A DNA stretch of 64,000 nt, from positions 2,528,001 to 2,592,000 of the forward strand of contig CBDHHL010000032.1 in assembly GCA_965263355.1 (NCBI GenBank), given 5' to 3'. Every line of letters begins with the position of its first letter. The first letter of the stretch is position 1. The stretch is from Leptolyngbyaceae cyanobacterium (lineage in GTDB: Bacteria > Cyanobacteriota > Cyanobacteriia > Phormidesmidales > Phormidesmidaceae). This document shows, one piece after another, positions 48,553-57,825 of the stretch. A program made the position numbers and the translations under genes. The notes beneath the pieces were generated by a model. That model did no database searches and was not told the origin of the DNA. It saw only the letters and a list, made by a program, of their open reading frames with translations.

Positions 48553-48686
48553 CACTGGTTCCGTGTAATGGGAAAAATGCCTGAAAGGCCTATAGAGTAA
48601 CGATTTTAGCGATCTTCTTCTAGATCGGCTGTATCCCTTGCATTACAAGCATTTTGGCTGAATCATCCCATCAGGCGGAACCAGTC
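48553..48686. mobile_element. 134-bp MITE-like element
   Basis: Terminal inverted repeats ACTGGTTCCGTGTAATGGG / CCCATCAGGCGGAACCAGT (16 of 19 match); no target duplication visible. Confidence 0.7.
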
Positions 48687-48831
48687 CCTACTTGAGCGAT
48701 CTGGTCGGGTGAGGTACGAGAAGATGTGAGCGGTCTTGGTTGCTTAACCCTATGATGACATCGTATTGTGCAAGTTGCCCTTGACCTTGTAGAACGCAGC
48801 GATGCAGTCTATCGGTTGAAGCTGACTCAGA

Positions 48832-49854
48832 ATGATAGCCATGTCAATCAATGAGAACTATTCGCAAACACTTGACCTGCAGGATGTGACTAAAGCGTCT
48901 ACAGCGTTGGATGGGATCGTTATACGTACGCCGCTACTTGAAAACGCTGATGTCAATGAACAGCTTGGCGGTCGTCTGATGATCAAGGCTGAGTGTGCCC
49001 AGAGAACAGGAGCTTTTAAGATCAGGGGGGCCTATAATCGCATTCGACAGTTGACTCAGGCCGAAAAAGCCCGAGGGGTTATTACCTATTCATCGGGCAA
49101 TCACGCCCAGGGCGTAGCATTGGCCGCTCGACTTCTGGGAACGTCGGCGTTGATCGTCATGCCTGCAGACGTTCCACCCTCCAAAATGGAAGCCACCCAG
49201 GCCCTGGGAGCCAAGATCGTTACCTTTGAACGTGATTATGAAAATAGTGGTGAGGTGGTTGAGCGATTGCGCCGGGAAACTGGGCGGGTCGAGGTGCCAC
49301 CCAGTGGCGATCTACAGGTTTTGGCTGGGGCTGGCACGGTGGCGTTGGAGCTGTATCAGCAGGCACACGGGTTAGACGCAAACCTCGATGCGGTGTTGAT
49401 TCCATGTGGTGGCGGTGGTCTAACGGCTGCGACGGCTATAGTTATGCGTGCTCTCTCGCCGTCAACGCAAGTGTTTGCTGTAGAGCCTGAGCTATTTGAC
49501 GATACTCGCCGTTCGTTAGCGACGGGTCAGCGGGTGACAAACTCAGTTGGGCAACGGACGATTTGTGATGCGATCATGACGCCAACGCCAAATTCTCTGA
49601 CGTTTCCGATCAATCTGGACTTGCTTAGCGGGGGGTTGGTGACCAGCGATGAAGAAGTACGTGCTGCTATGCTGTTTGTCTTTGAGCATTTCAAAATGGT
49701 GGTCGAACCGGGCGGTGCTGTAGGGATCGCGGCGGTCCTGAGTAAACGCATAGACATTACGGGAAAAACAATTGCTACCGTCGCAACTGGTGGGAACATC
49801 GATCCAAATCGGTACTTCAGAATCTTAAAAACTCCTGAATTAGCAAAGGAATAA
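48832..49854 (+). CDS. PLP-dependent threonine/serine dehydratase family protein
   Basis: K.E..QRTGAFK.RGA, SSGNHAQG.A, P.GGGGL, VEPGGA, TGGN.D. Confidence 0.92.
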   Translation: MIAMSINENYSQTLDLQDVTKASTALDGIVIRTPLLENADVNEQLGGRLMIKAECAQRTGAFKIRGAYNRIRQLTQAEKARGVITYSSGNHAQGVALAARLLGTSALIVMPADVPPSKMEATQALGAKIVTFERDYENSGEVVERLRRETGRVEVPPSGDLQVLAGAGTVALELYQQAHGLDANLDAVLIPCGGGGLTAATAIVMRALSPSTQVFAVEPELFDDTRRSLATGQRVTNSVGQRTICDAIMTPTPNSLTFPINLDLLSGGLVTSDEEVRAAMLFVFEHFKMVVEPGGAVGIAAVLSKRIDITGKTIATVATGGNIDPNRYFRILKTPELAKE

Positions 49855-49858
49855 TGCG

Positions 49859-50521
49859 ATGCTACGCAGATTGATGGCTGAATGGCTAGGAACCTTTACA
49901 TTGTTGGCAACCGTCGTTGGCTCCGGGATTATGGCCGAGCAGCTGGCGGGGGGCAATGTTGCGATCGCGTTACTGGGCAATACAATTCCGACAGGTGCAA
50001 TCCTCATGGTGCTGATTCTGGTGTTTGAATCGATCTCTGGGGCTCATTTTAACCCTGCTGTCACGCTGGTCTTTATGTTGCGCAGGGAAATCTCAGCCAG
50101 GGAATCATCACTATTCGTAGTGGCTCAGGTGATCGGCGGCATTGCGGGGGTATTCGTTGCCCATATTATGTTTGACAATCCATTGATCGATCCTTCAACC
50201 ACTGTGCGCACAGGGCTGGGCCAATGGGTGGGCGAATTTGTCGCCACCTTCGGCCTGATCGGTACGATCCTGGGTTGCGTCAAAGCCCGCCCTGCAGCCG
50301 TGCCCTATGCTGTCGGTCTTTACATTACCGCTGCCTACTGGTTTACCTCGTCGACCTCCTTTGCAAACCCAGCTGTGACCATTGCCCGTGGATTATCTGA
50401 TACCTTCGCCGGGATTCATCCGGCCAACGTAGTGCCATTTATAGTCGTGCAGCTGGTCGCTGCTGTGCTGGCCAATGCTTTTTTTCTTTGGCTGCTGAAT
50501 GAGAAAGGCTCAACTCTCTAA
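49859..50521 (+). CDS. MIP/aquaporin family channel (AqpS-like subfamily)
   Basis: SGAHFNPAVT and AYWFTSSTSFANPAVT; hydrophobic throughout. Confidence 0.9.
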   Translation: MLRRLMAEWLGTFTLLATVVGSGIMAEQLAGGNVAIALLGNTIPTGAILMVLILVFESISGAHFNPAVTLVFMLRREISARESSLFVVAQVIGGIAGVFVAHIMFDNPLIDPSTTVRTGLGQWVGEFVATFGLIGTILGCVKARPAAVPYAVGLYITAAYWFTSSTSFANPAVTIARGLSDTFAGIHPANVVPFIVVQLVAAVLANAFFLWLLNEKGSTL

Positions 50522-50615
50522 CCATAGAAACAAATATGCGATTTACAGGCTAAAAGCAGTCCAGTGGAATGAGGCAACTGGTACCCACGGGGCATGCAGT
50601 TAAACCAGTTAGGTT

Positions 50616-50852
50616 AAACTTTCTGGATAACTCCGAGCCTGGGGGTATTATCCAGAAACTTTCTGGGTTATTTGCTTATAGGGGAATGGCCCTGACGTAA
50701 GCATAAATCAGTGGCTGAAACCCTTGGAAATTAGTGCTCTGTCATGTCAATCTTGACCTTATGTCAGCGCCATTCGCTTATAGGGTGTTTATCCAGAAAG
50801 TTTCTGGATAACTCCGGCTGGAAGGTATTTATCCAGACAAAGTCTGGATAAA
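50616..50852. repeat. cluster of TTATCCAG..CTGGATAA palindromes
   Basis: Units at 50616-50630 (half), 50648-50670, 50789-50811 and 50828-50852. Confidence 0.8.
50684..50775. mobile_element. 92-bp MITE with 18-bp TIRs and 10-bp target-site duplication
   Basis: GAATGGCCCTGACGTAAG / CTTATGTCAGCGCCATTC; flanking direct repeat GCTTATAGGG at 50674-50683 and 50776-50785. Confidence 0.85.
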
Positions 50853-50941
50853 CGATAGTTAGCTCGCGACATCCGGCTCCATACTATAGATTTCAATTAT
50901 GCAAAAGCATACTTTTCAATGAAAAGGAGATTTTACTTTCC

Positions 50942-51859
50942 ATGAAAAAACGAGGAGTTATTGTTGGCCCTTCTCTCAAAAGAAATTCATTTGACGCAGC
51001 CGTGCCAAAAGAAGAGCTAAATAAGTTATTGCTTTATTGGGATAAAATTTCATATCCAAATTTATGCATTGGGAATCCTAACCCGATGATGATGAGTGTG
51101 AATCTGAAAGCGGCTACACATATGCAGCTACTGGTTGATGCGGGATTTCTTTCAGTTGACGATGTCGAAGTTGACCCAGCAACTGTTTTTCCTGATTTCT
51201 GGAGGACTGGAACAATTACAGTTAGTCATCCTCAGGACTTGCTAAAACTCAACGTAATAGGCCAGATTGAGCTTGCAAAAGAACGTCTAAAAAACGGAGA
51301 AATATGGAGTATTGCTCAAACCGGTTTATCTTTAAGCTTCCCTTCTAAACAGCAAGAGGTATCTAATTACCTTACGGAATTATCCTTGCATAATTGCTTG
51401 CCTGCACCGACTCCGGATACATCGACTGAGAAGATTGTTGAGTTTAAGGAAGCTAGAGCTGACGAGCTATTACAACTACGAGAGACTATAGAATCTTTCA
51501 GAAGTGCTATACTAAATTCACAAGAACCAGAGAGAGAAATTGCTCTGATAGGTGAAGAAATCAGCAATTCCCTTGTGACCTTGCATCGTGTGCTAGATGA
51601 AAAGAAAATCGAGCATTTCTTTGAGACATTAAAGGTATATCTGGATATTAAGCCAAATGATTTGGTCACAATTGGGGCAGGGTTACTGCTCACTGGCACA
51701 GGTATTCCAATACAAGCTGGTGCTGCCATTGGATTGAGGGCTAATGTGCTTATCAAAGCGGCTGAAAGGTTAATCGTTGGTGTAGAAAGAGTTCCTGAGG
51801 AGTTAAGAGGATATATGTATTTGTATGAGGCGCAAAAACAAGGAGTAGTTTCTAGATAG
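50942..51859 (+). CDS. DUF6236-like protein
   Basis: RG.I..P, LLYWDKI.YP, LP.P......I.EFK..R.DEL..LR, Y.YL pattern; AT-rich. Confidence 0.65.
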   Translation: MKKRGVIVGPSLKRNSFDAAVPKEELNKLLLYWDKISYPNLCIGNPNPMMMSVNLKAATHMQLLVDAGFLSVDDVEVDPATVFPDFWRTGTITVSHPQDLLKLNVIGQIELAKERLKNGEIWSIAQTGLSLSFPSKQQEVSNYLTELSLHNCLPAPTPDTSTEKIVEFKEARADELLQLRETIESFRSAILNSQEPEREIALIGEEISNSLVTLHRVLDEKKIEHFFETLKVYLDIKPNDLVTIGAGLLLTGTGIPIQAGAAIGLRANVLIKAAERLIVGVERVPEELRGYMYLYEAQKQGVVSR

Positions 51860-52019
51860 GGCAGACGTTGTCATTGATCCCAGCAATTCCAAATTCAAAA
51901 AAGTTTACGTCACAGCCATCAGCTAGTCGTTCCGGAGTTAAAGAGTGTAACCTCCAGCTAACTAACTGTAGCTGTAGCCTCCTAGAAACCTGTAAAATTG
52001 ACTTAAGGAGGAGGAAAAA

Positions 52020-52247
52020 ATGAGCTTATCCATCATTGATCAAGTCATTGAACAGTTAAGTAATATGCCGCAGTCCTTACAGCAGCAAGTTCTTCAATTT
52101 GCTCGTATGTTAGGCCAAGTTAGAGTTCAAGGTACACCTAGCCACAAGCTGCTTAAGTTTGCTGGTTGTATCCAATCGGATGATCTAACCCTGATGCATG
52201 ATGCTATTGAGGAAGGTTGCGAACAGATAGACTTGAATGAGTGGTAG
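52020..52247 (+). CDS. putative antitoxin (partner of PIN toxin)
   Basis: 75 aa, strong GGAGG RBS, LL.FAG.I..DDL..M..AIE.GC..ID.NEW tail, overlaps the toxin start. Confidence 0.8.
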   Translation: MSLSIIDQVIEQLSNMPQSLQQQVLQFARMLGQVRVQGTPSHKLLKFAGCIQSDDLTLMHDAIEEGCEQIDLNEW

Positions 52248-52626
52248 CTATTTACTCGATACCAATATCATCATTGGTCTATTTGCTGGGCAAGCATCGA
52301 TTATTAACCATCTTCAGCAATCTGATGAAATTTTTATCCCCAGCATTGCCCTTGGAGAGCTACATTATGGTGCGCGGAAGTCTGGGCGAGTTCAGCAAAA
52401 TCTAGAACGGATTGAAGAGTTTGTTGCAGATGTCACTGTTATTGACTGTGATGTTGCTACCGCTCGACAGTACGGTGACGTTAAGAATCGATTGAGAGTA
52501 AAAGGACGTCCACTACCGGAAAATGACATTTGGATCGCAGCACTGGCTCTACAGTATGATTTAGTATTGGTTACGCGCGATGCACATTTTCAGCATGTGG
52601 AAGGTTTGCAAACCGTTCGATGGTAA
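52237..52626 (+). CDS. vapC: PIN-domain VapC family toxin
   Basis: LLDTN, GEL.YGA, G.P...ND.WIAA.A, LVTRD.HF. Confidence 0.93.
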   Translation: MSGSYLLDTNIIIGLFAGQASIINHLQQSDEIFIPSIALGELHYGARKSGRVQQNLERIEEFVADVTVIDCDVATARQYGDVKNRLRVKGRPLPENDIWIAALALQYDLVLVTRDAHFQHVEGLQTVRW

Positions 52627-52639
52627 TTTGCGACAAGCC

Positions 52640-52723
52640 AGCTAACACTGCGTTGCAACGGCGGAGCATAAGCGGTTGATCAAACGCTAAAGTTACTACC
52701 GCCGTTGAACTTCACCGTTAGAG
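52640..52723 (+). other. attC-like integron recombination site (84 bp)
   Basis: R'' AGCTAAC, 5-nt spacer, L'' GTTGCAAC, GGCGG/CCGCC stem, L' GTTGAAC, 6-nt spacer, R' GTTAGAG; 13 bp after the vapC stop. Confidence 0.8.
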
Positions 52724-53368
52724 ATTTTCCGAATTTCTCGAGAAATAAGTTTGCAAGTAACTTAGTGTTAACCGTTTAGTTTCAGACACCAAGCGTTGTC
52801 GAAACTTAGTCTCTTGTCCCAGGGAAAGCCACAGAAGCGTCCCAATTGTTTTGACAAGCACGAAGGCGATCGCATGGCAGTCCGATTCTGTTAAAGTTGC
52901 ATCCCATCGAGCGTGCTCACGAGTCCAATCCTCGATGAGCTGGGTATCTAATGCTTCTTCCATCCGTTCGAGTTCTGGCAAAGCCCCTTGGGCTTGGGTA
53001 AAGATGGCGTGATAGCCCGGATGCTCTGCGTAGAAGCGTTCGATCGCATCTACAAGCTCCTCCACGTAATCGGGCAAAGAAATGGGTAAGTCTCTCCCAG
53101 TTGCTGAGGTTAATAAATGTTCGCGTAGGAGCTCCCCATATCGCTCGGCAAGTGCGTACAGTATGGCGGTCTTGTCTGGAAAAAATTGGTAGAGCGTACC
53201 GATGGGAACCTGCGCACGAGCTGCAATTGCATTGGTGGTAGCGGCAGTATAGCCTCCTTCAATGAGAAGTTGCTCAGCAGCATCCAGTATTCGATTAACC
53301 CGTTCTCGACTGCGGGCCTGCCTGGGCTTACGACGCATTTTTGGGGGCTGTGAGGCAGATTCCGTCAT
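52718..53368 (-). CDS. TetR/AcrR family transcriptional regulator
   Basis: R.P.Q.RS, ILDAA, TTN.IA.RA.V..GTLYQFF.DK; start at MTES. Confidence 0.93.
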   Translation of the reverse strand: MTESASQPPKMRRKPRQARSRERVNRILDAAEQLLIEGGYTAATTNAIAARAQVPIGTLYQFFPDKTAILYALAERYGELLREHLLTSATGRDLPISLPDYVEELVDAIERFYAEHPGYHAIFTQAQGALPELERMEEALDTQLIEDWTREHARWDATLTESDCHAIAFVLVKTIGTLLWLSLGQETKFRQRLVSETKRLTLSYLQTYFSRNSENL

Positions 53369-53452
53369 TCTCAAATTGACTCCATTTGGATTCTTACGGG
53401 AATTAATCCCGCATCTGTTGACAAACCCTAATCTCTTATTGTAGTTTGATGC

Positions 53453-53476
53453 AAACATGAGTTTTTACTCATGTTT
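53453..53476. promoter_or_regulatory. probable TetR operator
   Basis: Perfect AAACATGAGT-tttt-ACTCATGTTT palindrome just downstream of a TTGACA...TAGTTT promoter-like pair (53418-53447). Confidence 0.7.
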
Positions 53477-53563
53477 AGACTGTAGCTACAAATTATGGAG
53501 TTAAGCCTCTAGGGGCGTCCCAAATGACTAAAAGTGATTTCTCATGGCCAACCGACCAAAGGT

Positions 53564-53697
53564 CAATGGTTCCGTTGGCTAAGAAGAATCGCTGAAATCC
53601 CCAAGCAGCCTAAGTTTGGGTTGTCTGGGGCAAGAAATTCTGAAACCTCTTCTGGGAGAGGTTTACAGCCATTTTGTCTCACGCAACTGAACCAATC
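53564..53697. mobile_element. 134-bp MITE-like element
   Basis: Ends CAATGGTTCCGTTG / CAACTGAACCAATC; same length and same CTGAAA offset as the 48553 element. Confidence 0.6.
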
Positions 53698-53725
53698 TGA
53701 CTGAAGAACCTTACAGGAAAAAGCA

Positions 53726-54946
53726 ATGGATACAACTACCCACCCCTGGCCGACAGGCAGAAGTACACGCGCTGCATTCGAGGAACGATTCGGTTCTGAT
53801 AACGCTGATTTTATGCAAGAGGCGATGCATACCGGCGATCCGCTCGCCGACGCAGTCGTTGAGGCCATCCAAGAAGATAGCCAAGTTCGGGCCCAGCTTA
53901 ACCAAGGCGTGAAAAATGGCTTAGCCTCTGTTGAAAATCCGCATCCGGCTGTCGTCGCTCTGCTGACAGAGTGCGAGACCATGCCGGACCTTAGCCCCTT
54001 CTTGAGCCATGAGGAGCTTCAAGAGGTCTTAAGAAGAGGAAACAGGCCCTGGTACGTTTTCCCGCAAGTTGTTATCGACATAGGACTCTCCGCTGGTTCG
54101 CTGACACAGCTTTACACCTCTCTTCCACTCACCACTGTGCTCAACGGGACAGGTCGGCTCATTGAGGGGGTCGGACGCCGACTTGTAGAAACCTCACACT
54201 GGCTGGATACGGCCATGTACCCCGGCAATATGCTCCCAGGTCGCCCAGGATATGTCGAAACTGTACAGGTGCGCATGATCCATGCCTATGTGCGCTGGGC
54301 TAGCCTGAAAAAAGGCTATGACACAGCTGCTCTGGGTACGCCGCTCTCCCAAAGTGAGATGGGTTTTAGCTGGTACAGCTTTTCGATGACGTGCCTAATA
54401 GCGGCAGAGGAAATGGGATTCAGCTTGACACCAGCCGAGACTGCGGAATTCTATACCTATTGGGGATATCTGGGATATTTGCTCGGTATCAACCCTCGTT
54501 ACTATCTGGGGGTGACAAATCACAAGCAGGCCATGCAGGGCTGCTTAATGGAGGAAATGGTCAAAGGATCTATTCAAAATGACGGTGGTGCTCTGTCGAA
54601 AGCAATGAACACTTCTATTGGGATGGCTGCAGAAGGTGATTTCCTCAAATCAGAAATTGATGCCGATCCCGTAGAGGTTATCGAATGTTTGGTTCATCGT
54701 TTTCACGGTTACACCGTGGCTGAAAGTTTGGGGGTACCGTTTCATACCGAAACCTATTTCAAACTGGGTATGTATGTATCTTCCGTGCGCAGCGAACAAG
54801 CAAAACTGAGAAACAATCCAGAAGAATGGAAGCTCGCAATCAGTGCCAATCTGAAAGCAGCCGCTGACAAGTTGGGTACCGGTATTGGCGGACAAACGTC
54901 CTATCAAGCAGCCGCTGCTGGTACGTTGGACTCGCATGAGATCTAA
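53726..54946 (+). CDS. MpaB/rubber-oxygenase-like (DUF2236) protein, copy 1
   Basis: GDPLADA, TGRL, RR..ET..W, VRMIHA.VR, G.P.SQ, W.Y.G.LLGI. Confidence 0.85.
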   Translation: MDTTTHPWPTGRSTRAAFEERFGSDNADFMQEAMHTGDPLADAVVEAIQEDSQVRAQLNQGVKNGLASVENPHPAVVALLTECETMPDLSPFLSHEELQEVLRRGNRPWYVFPQVVIDIGLSAGSLTQLYTSLPLTTVLNGTGRLIEGVGRRLVETSHWLDTAMYPGNMLPGRPGYVETVQVRMIHAYVRWASLKKGYDTAALGTPLSQSEMGFSWYSFSMTCLIAAEEMGFSLTPAETAEFYTYWGYLGYLLGINPRYYLGVTNHKQAMQGCLMEEMVKGSIQNDGGALSKAMNTSIGMAAEGDFLKSEIDADPVEVIECLVHRFHGYTVAESLGVPFHTETYFKLGMYVSSVRSEQAKLRNNPEEWKLAISANLKAAADKLGTGIGGQTSYQAAAAGTLDSHEI

Positions 54947-55095
54947 AGCGATTTCCAGGAGTAAAACTGCTGGAGAAAGAGTGGGACGTTAAGCGTTCCA
55001 TTCCTTTCCTTTTCTCTAAGGTTTTAGCTTTCAGAAATCATCTGAGTGCTCTGTTGAAAATTCGTGTTGAGAAAGAACTGAAGTAAGAGAAAGTC

Positions 55096-56316
55096 ATGAC
55101 TACAACAACTACGGCAACCCACCCCTGGCCGACAGGCAGAAATACACGCGCCGCTTTCGAGGAACGATTCGGTTCTGAAAACGCCGATTTTATGCAGAAG
55201 TCTATGCATATCGGCGATCCGCTCGCCGACGCAGTCGTTGCAGCCATCTACGAGAACAACAAGGTGCGAGCCCAGCTTAATCAAGGTGTGAAAAATGGCT
55301 TAGCCTCTGTTGAAAACCCGCATCCGGCTGTCGCTGCTTTGTTAACACAGTGCGAGACCATGCCAGACTTCAGCCCCTTCTTGAGCCAAGAAGAGCTTCA
55401 AGCGCTGGTAACAAAAGGTCCTATGTCGTGGTACATCCTTCCGGTAATTGTCACTGACCTCGCACTCACTGCTGGCTCACTCATGCAGCTTTACTCATCT
55501 GTTCCCATTGCAACTATTCTGGCTGCAACAGGTCGGCTCGTTGAGGGTGTGGGGCGTCGAATTGCAGAAACTGGGCAGTGGCTTGATGCGGCCATGTATC
55601 CCGGCAATTGCCTCTTGGGTCGCCCAGGATATGTCGAGACGATTCAGGTCCGTATGATCCATGCTTACATGCGTTCAGGGAGCTTGAAAAAAGGCTACGA
55701 CACAGTGGCATTGGGGATGCCGGTATCTCAATGCGATTTAGCCTATACCTGGTCTAGCTTTACGATAACGTTCCTGATCGCTGCCGAGGAAATGGGGTTT
55801 AGCCTGACGCCATCCGAGAACGCGGAGATCTATAAATTTTGGTGGTACCTCGGACATTTACTCGGCATCGACCCCCGTTTTTATGTCGGGATCACAAACC
55901 ACAATCAGGCAACGCAGAGCTTCTTAATGCAGGACATGGTCAAAGGCAATATCGCAAGTGATGGCGGTCTCCTGGCTAAGGCAACCAACGATATTACTGT
56001 CCAGGCTTCGGCAGATAAGTTCCAAATCGATGCCGATCCCATGGAGGTTATGGAAAGCTTGGCCCAACGTATTCATGGTCAAGCCGTTTGTAATAGTTTG
56101 GGGATCCCCTTTCATGACGAAACCTATTACAAGCTACGTTCGTTCATAGCAGTACTACGTAGCGATCACGCAAAGCTGCGAAACAACCCAGAAGAATGGA
56201 ACCTAGCAATCAGTGAGAATCTCAAGGAAATCTCCGATCGCTTAGGTGCTGGTATTGGTGGGCCGACATCCTATCAAGCTGCCGCTGCTGGCACGTTAGA
56301 CTCCCATGTAATCTAA
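55096..56316 (+). CDS. MpaB/rubber-oxygenase-like (DUF2236) protein, copy 2
   Basis: Same motifs; near-identical N- and C-termini to copy 1; both 406 aa. Confidence 0.85.
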   Translation: MTTTTTATHPWPTGRNTRAAFEERFGSENADFMQKSMHIGDPLADAVVAAIYENNKVRAQLNQGVKNGLASVENPHPAVAALLTQCETMPDFSPFLSQEELQALVTKGPMSWYILPVIVTDLALTAGSLMQLYSSVPIATILAATGRLVEGVGRRIAETGQWLDAAMYPGNCLLGRPGYVETIQVRMIHAYMRSGSLKKGYDTVALGMPVSQCDLAYTWSSFTITFLIAAEEMGFSLTPSENAEIYKFWWYLGHLLGIDPRFYVGITNHNQATQSFLMQDMVKGNIASDGGLLAKATNDITVQASADKFQIDADPMEVMESLAQRIHGQAVCNSLGIPFHDETYYKLRSFIAVLRSDHAKLRNNPEEWNLAISENLKEISDRLGAGIGGPTSYQAAAAGTLDSHVI

Positions 56317-56331
56317 ATTCTGTTCCAAATT

Positions 56332-56628
56332 ATGAACAAAAAATTCTATGTAACAGCAAAATTCACAGCCAAAGAGACTCGGGTGACAGACATGATCACT
56401 CTGCTTCAGAAGCTTACAGCCGAGACAAAATCTGAAGCTGGGTGTTTGGATTATGGCTACTACCAATCTTCAGAAGATTCCAGAGTTTTTACCTCGATTG
56501 AAGTATGGAAAACCCCTGAAGCTGAAGCCGCTCATTGGGATACCCAACATCTGCAAGATGCCCTAACCCAGTTGCCTAAACTCATAGATGGCGAGGCTGA
56601 AGTGACGAAATACCACAAGATCGCTTAA
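56332..56628 (+). CDS. antibiotic biosynthesis monooxygenase (ABM) family protein
   Basis: T..EAGC..Y, F...E.W.......H....H. Confidence 0.88.
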   Translation: MNKKFYVTAKFTAKETRVTDMITLLQKLTAETKSEAGCLDYGYYQSSEDSRVFTSIEVWKTPEAEAAHWDTQHLQDALTQLPKLIDGEAEVTKYHKIA

Positions 56629-56667
56629 TCCAATTGAAGGAAATAAGCCAACAAAAAGGAGTTGCCC

Positions 56668-57462
56668 ATGAGTAAAGTCATTATGATTACGGGTGCGGGT
56701 TCCGGTCTGGGAAAAGGAGCAGCCTTGGGACTTGCGAAAAAGGGACATAAGGTCATCGCGGGAGTACAAATTTGGCCTCAAGTTACTGCTTTACATGAAG
56801 AGGCGTCGAAATTAGGGGTTGAGTTAGAAGTCTTTAAGCTTGACATTTTGAGTGAAGTAGATCGACAAAAAGCCCTCACCTATGACATCGATATTCTTGT
56901 CAATAATGCAGGTATTGGGGAGACAGGACCGATCGCTGAAATCCCGATTCAGCTTGTGCGAAATGTTTTCGAGGTCAATGTATTCCGTACGTTGGAACTC
57001 ACTCAGCCTTTTGCTAAAAAATTCGTCGAAAAAGGCAACGGTAAGATTATCTTTGTGTCTTCGATAGCCGGACTTTCAACCTATCCCTTTTTTGGCCCTT
57101 ACAATGCCTCGAAGCATGCGCTAGAGGCGATCGCCCAGAGCATGAAAGATGAATTGAAAGAATTTGGTGTTCAGGTCTGCACCATTAATCCTGGCCCCTA
57201 TCGCACTGGATTCAATGACCGCATGCATGACTCAGTCTTTCAGTGGTATGACCCCAAATCTAACTTCACCAAAGAGCAGCCGATGCGAGACAGTCAAGCA
57301 GATACTGCATCTGAAAATGGGCAGTTTGACCCTCAAGCCATGATCGATCTAATGGTTGAGACGATTCCAGTCGAGCACCACAAGTTCAGAACTATGTTGC
57401 CGGAGGCGTTTGTGGAGTTCTGTCAGGATTACCAGAAGCGGATGTGGGAGGAGGAAATCTAG
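56668..57462 (+). CDS. short-chain dehydrogenase/reductase
   Basis: TGAGSGLG, NNAG, SS.AG, YNASK, PGP..T. Confidence 0.93.
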   Translation: MSKVIMITGAGSGLGKGAALGLAKKGHKVIAGVQIWPQVTALHEEASKLGVELEVFKLDILSEVDRQKALTYDIDILVNNAGIGETGPIAEIPIQLVRNVFEVNVFRTLELTQPFAKKFVEKGNGKIIFVSSIAGLSTYPFFGPYNASKHALEAIAQSMKDELKEFGVQVCTINPGPYRTGFNDRMHDSVFQWYDPKSNFTKEQPMRDSQADTASENGQFDPQAMIDLMVETIPVEHHKFRTMLPEAFVEFCQDYQKRMWEEEI

Positions 57463-57825
57463 CATTCCTACTTGCAACAGAGTGTTCCAATTGCGAGATG
57501 AGCAAGAAGCCCAATATTCTCTCCAGCTTTCATTTCCTTCCGCTAAAGAGGCTTTATGTTGTGGTGATTTTGAGTCGTTTTTTAGGGCTGTTGCGGTTGC
57601 TAGAAGAGGTGGCCGAGTTTGCTGATTTTTTGACGTCTCCGATCGGCTCAACAGTCATATTTTGCATGCTGAGCGATCAGGTCTTTGTTCTGATGGGCTG
57701 CAATATTCCATCATCGGCAATCCTGTCAAGCACCGTTGCGCTTGCACTTCATTGCATGATCGATCGCCGTTAGACTCGCATGTGCTCTAAACGCTCTACT
57801 ACAAATTTATATTGAGGAAGAATCC

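Noticed and set aside
50616..50852. Palindromic repeats as a mini CRISPR array
   Set aside because: Units are degenerate, spacers are short and similar to each other, and spacing is irregular.
57349..57773. Overlapping short ORFs, possible transposase remnant, or attC ending at GTTAGAC (57769)
   Set aside because: No recognisable motif and no pairing L boxes; the GTTAGAC is explained by the MpaB-tail remnant.
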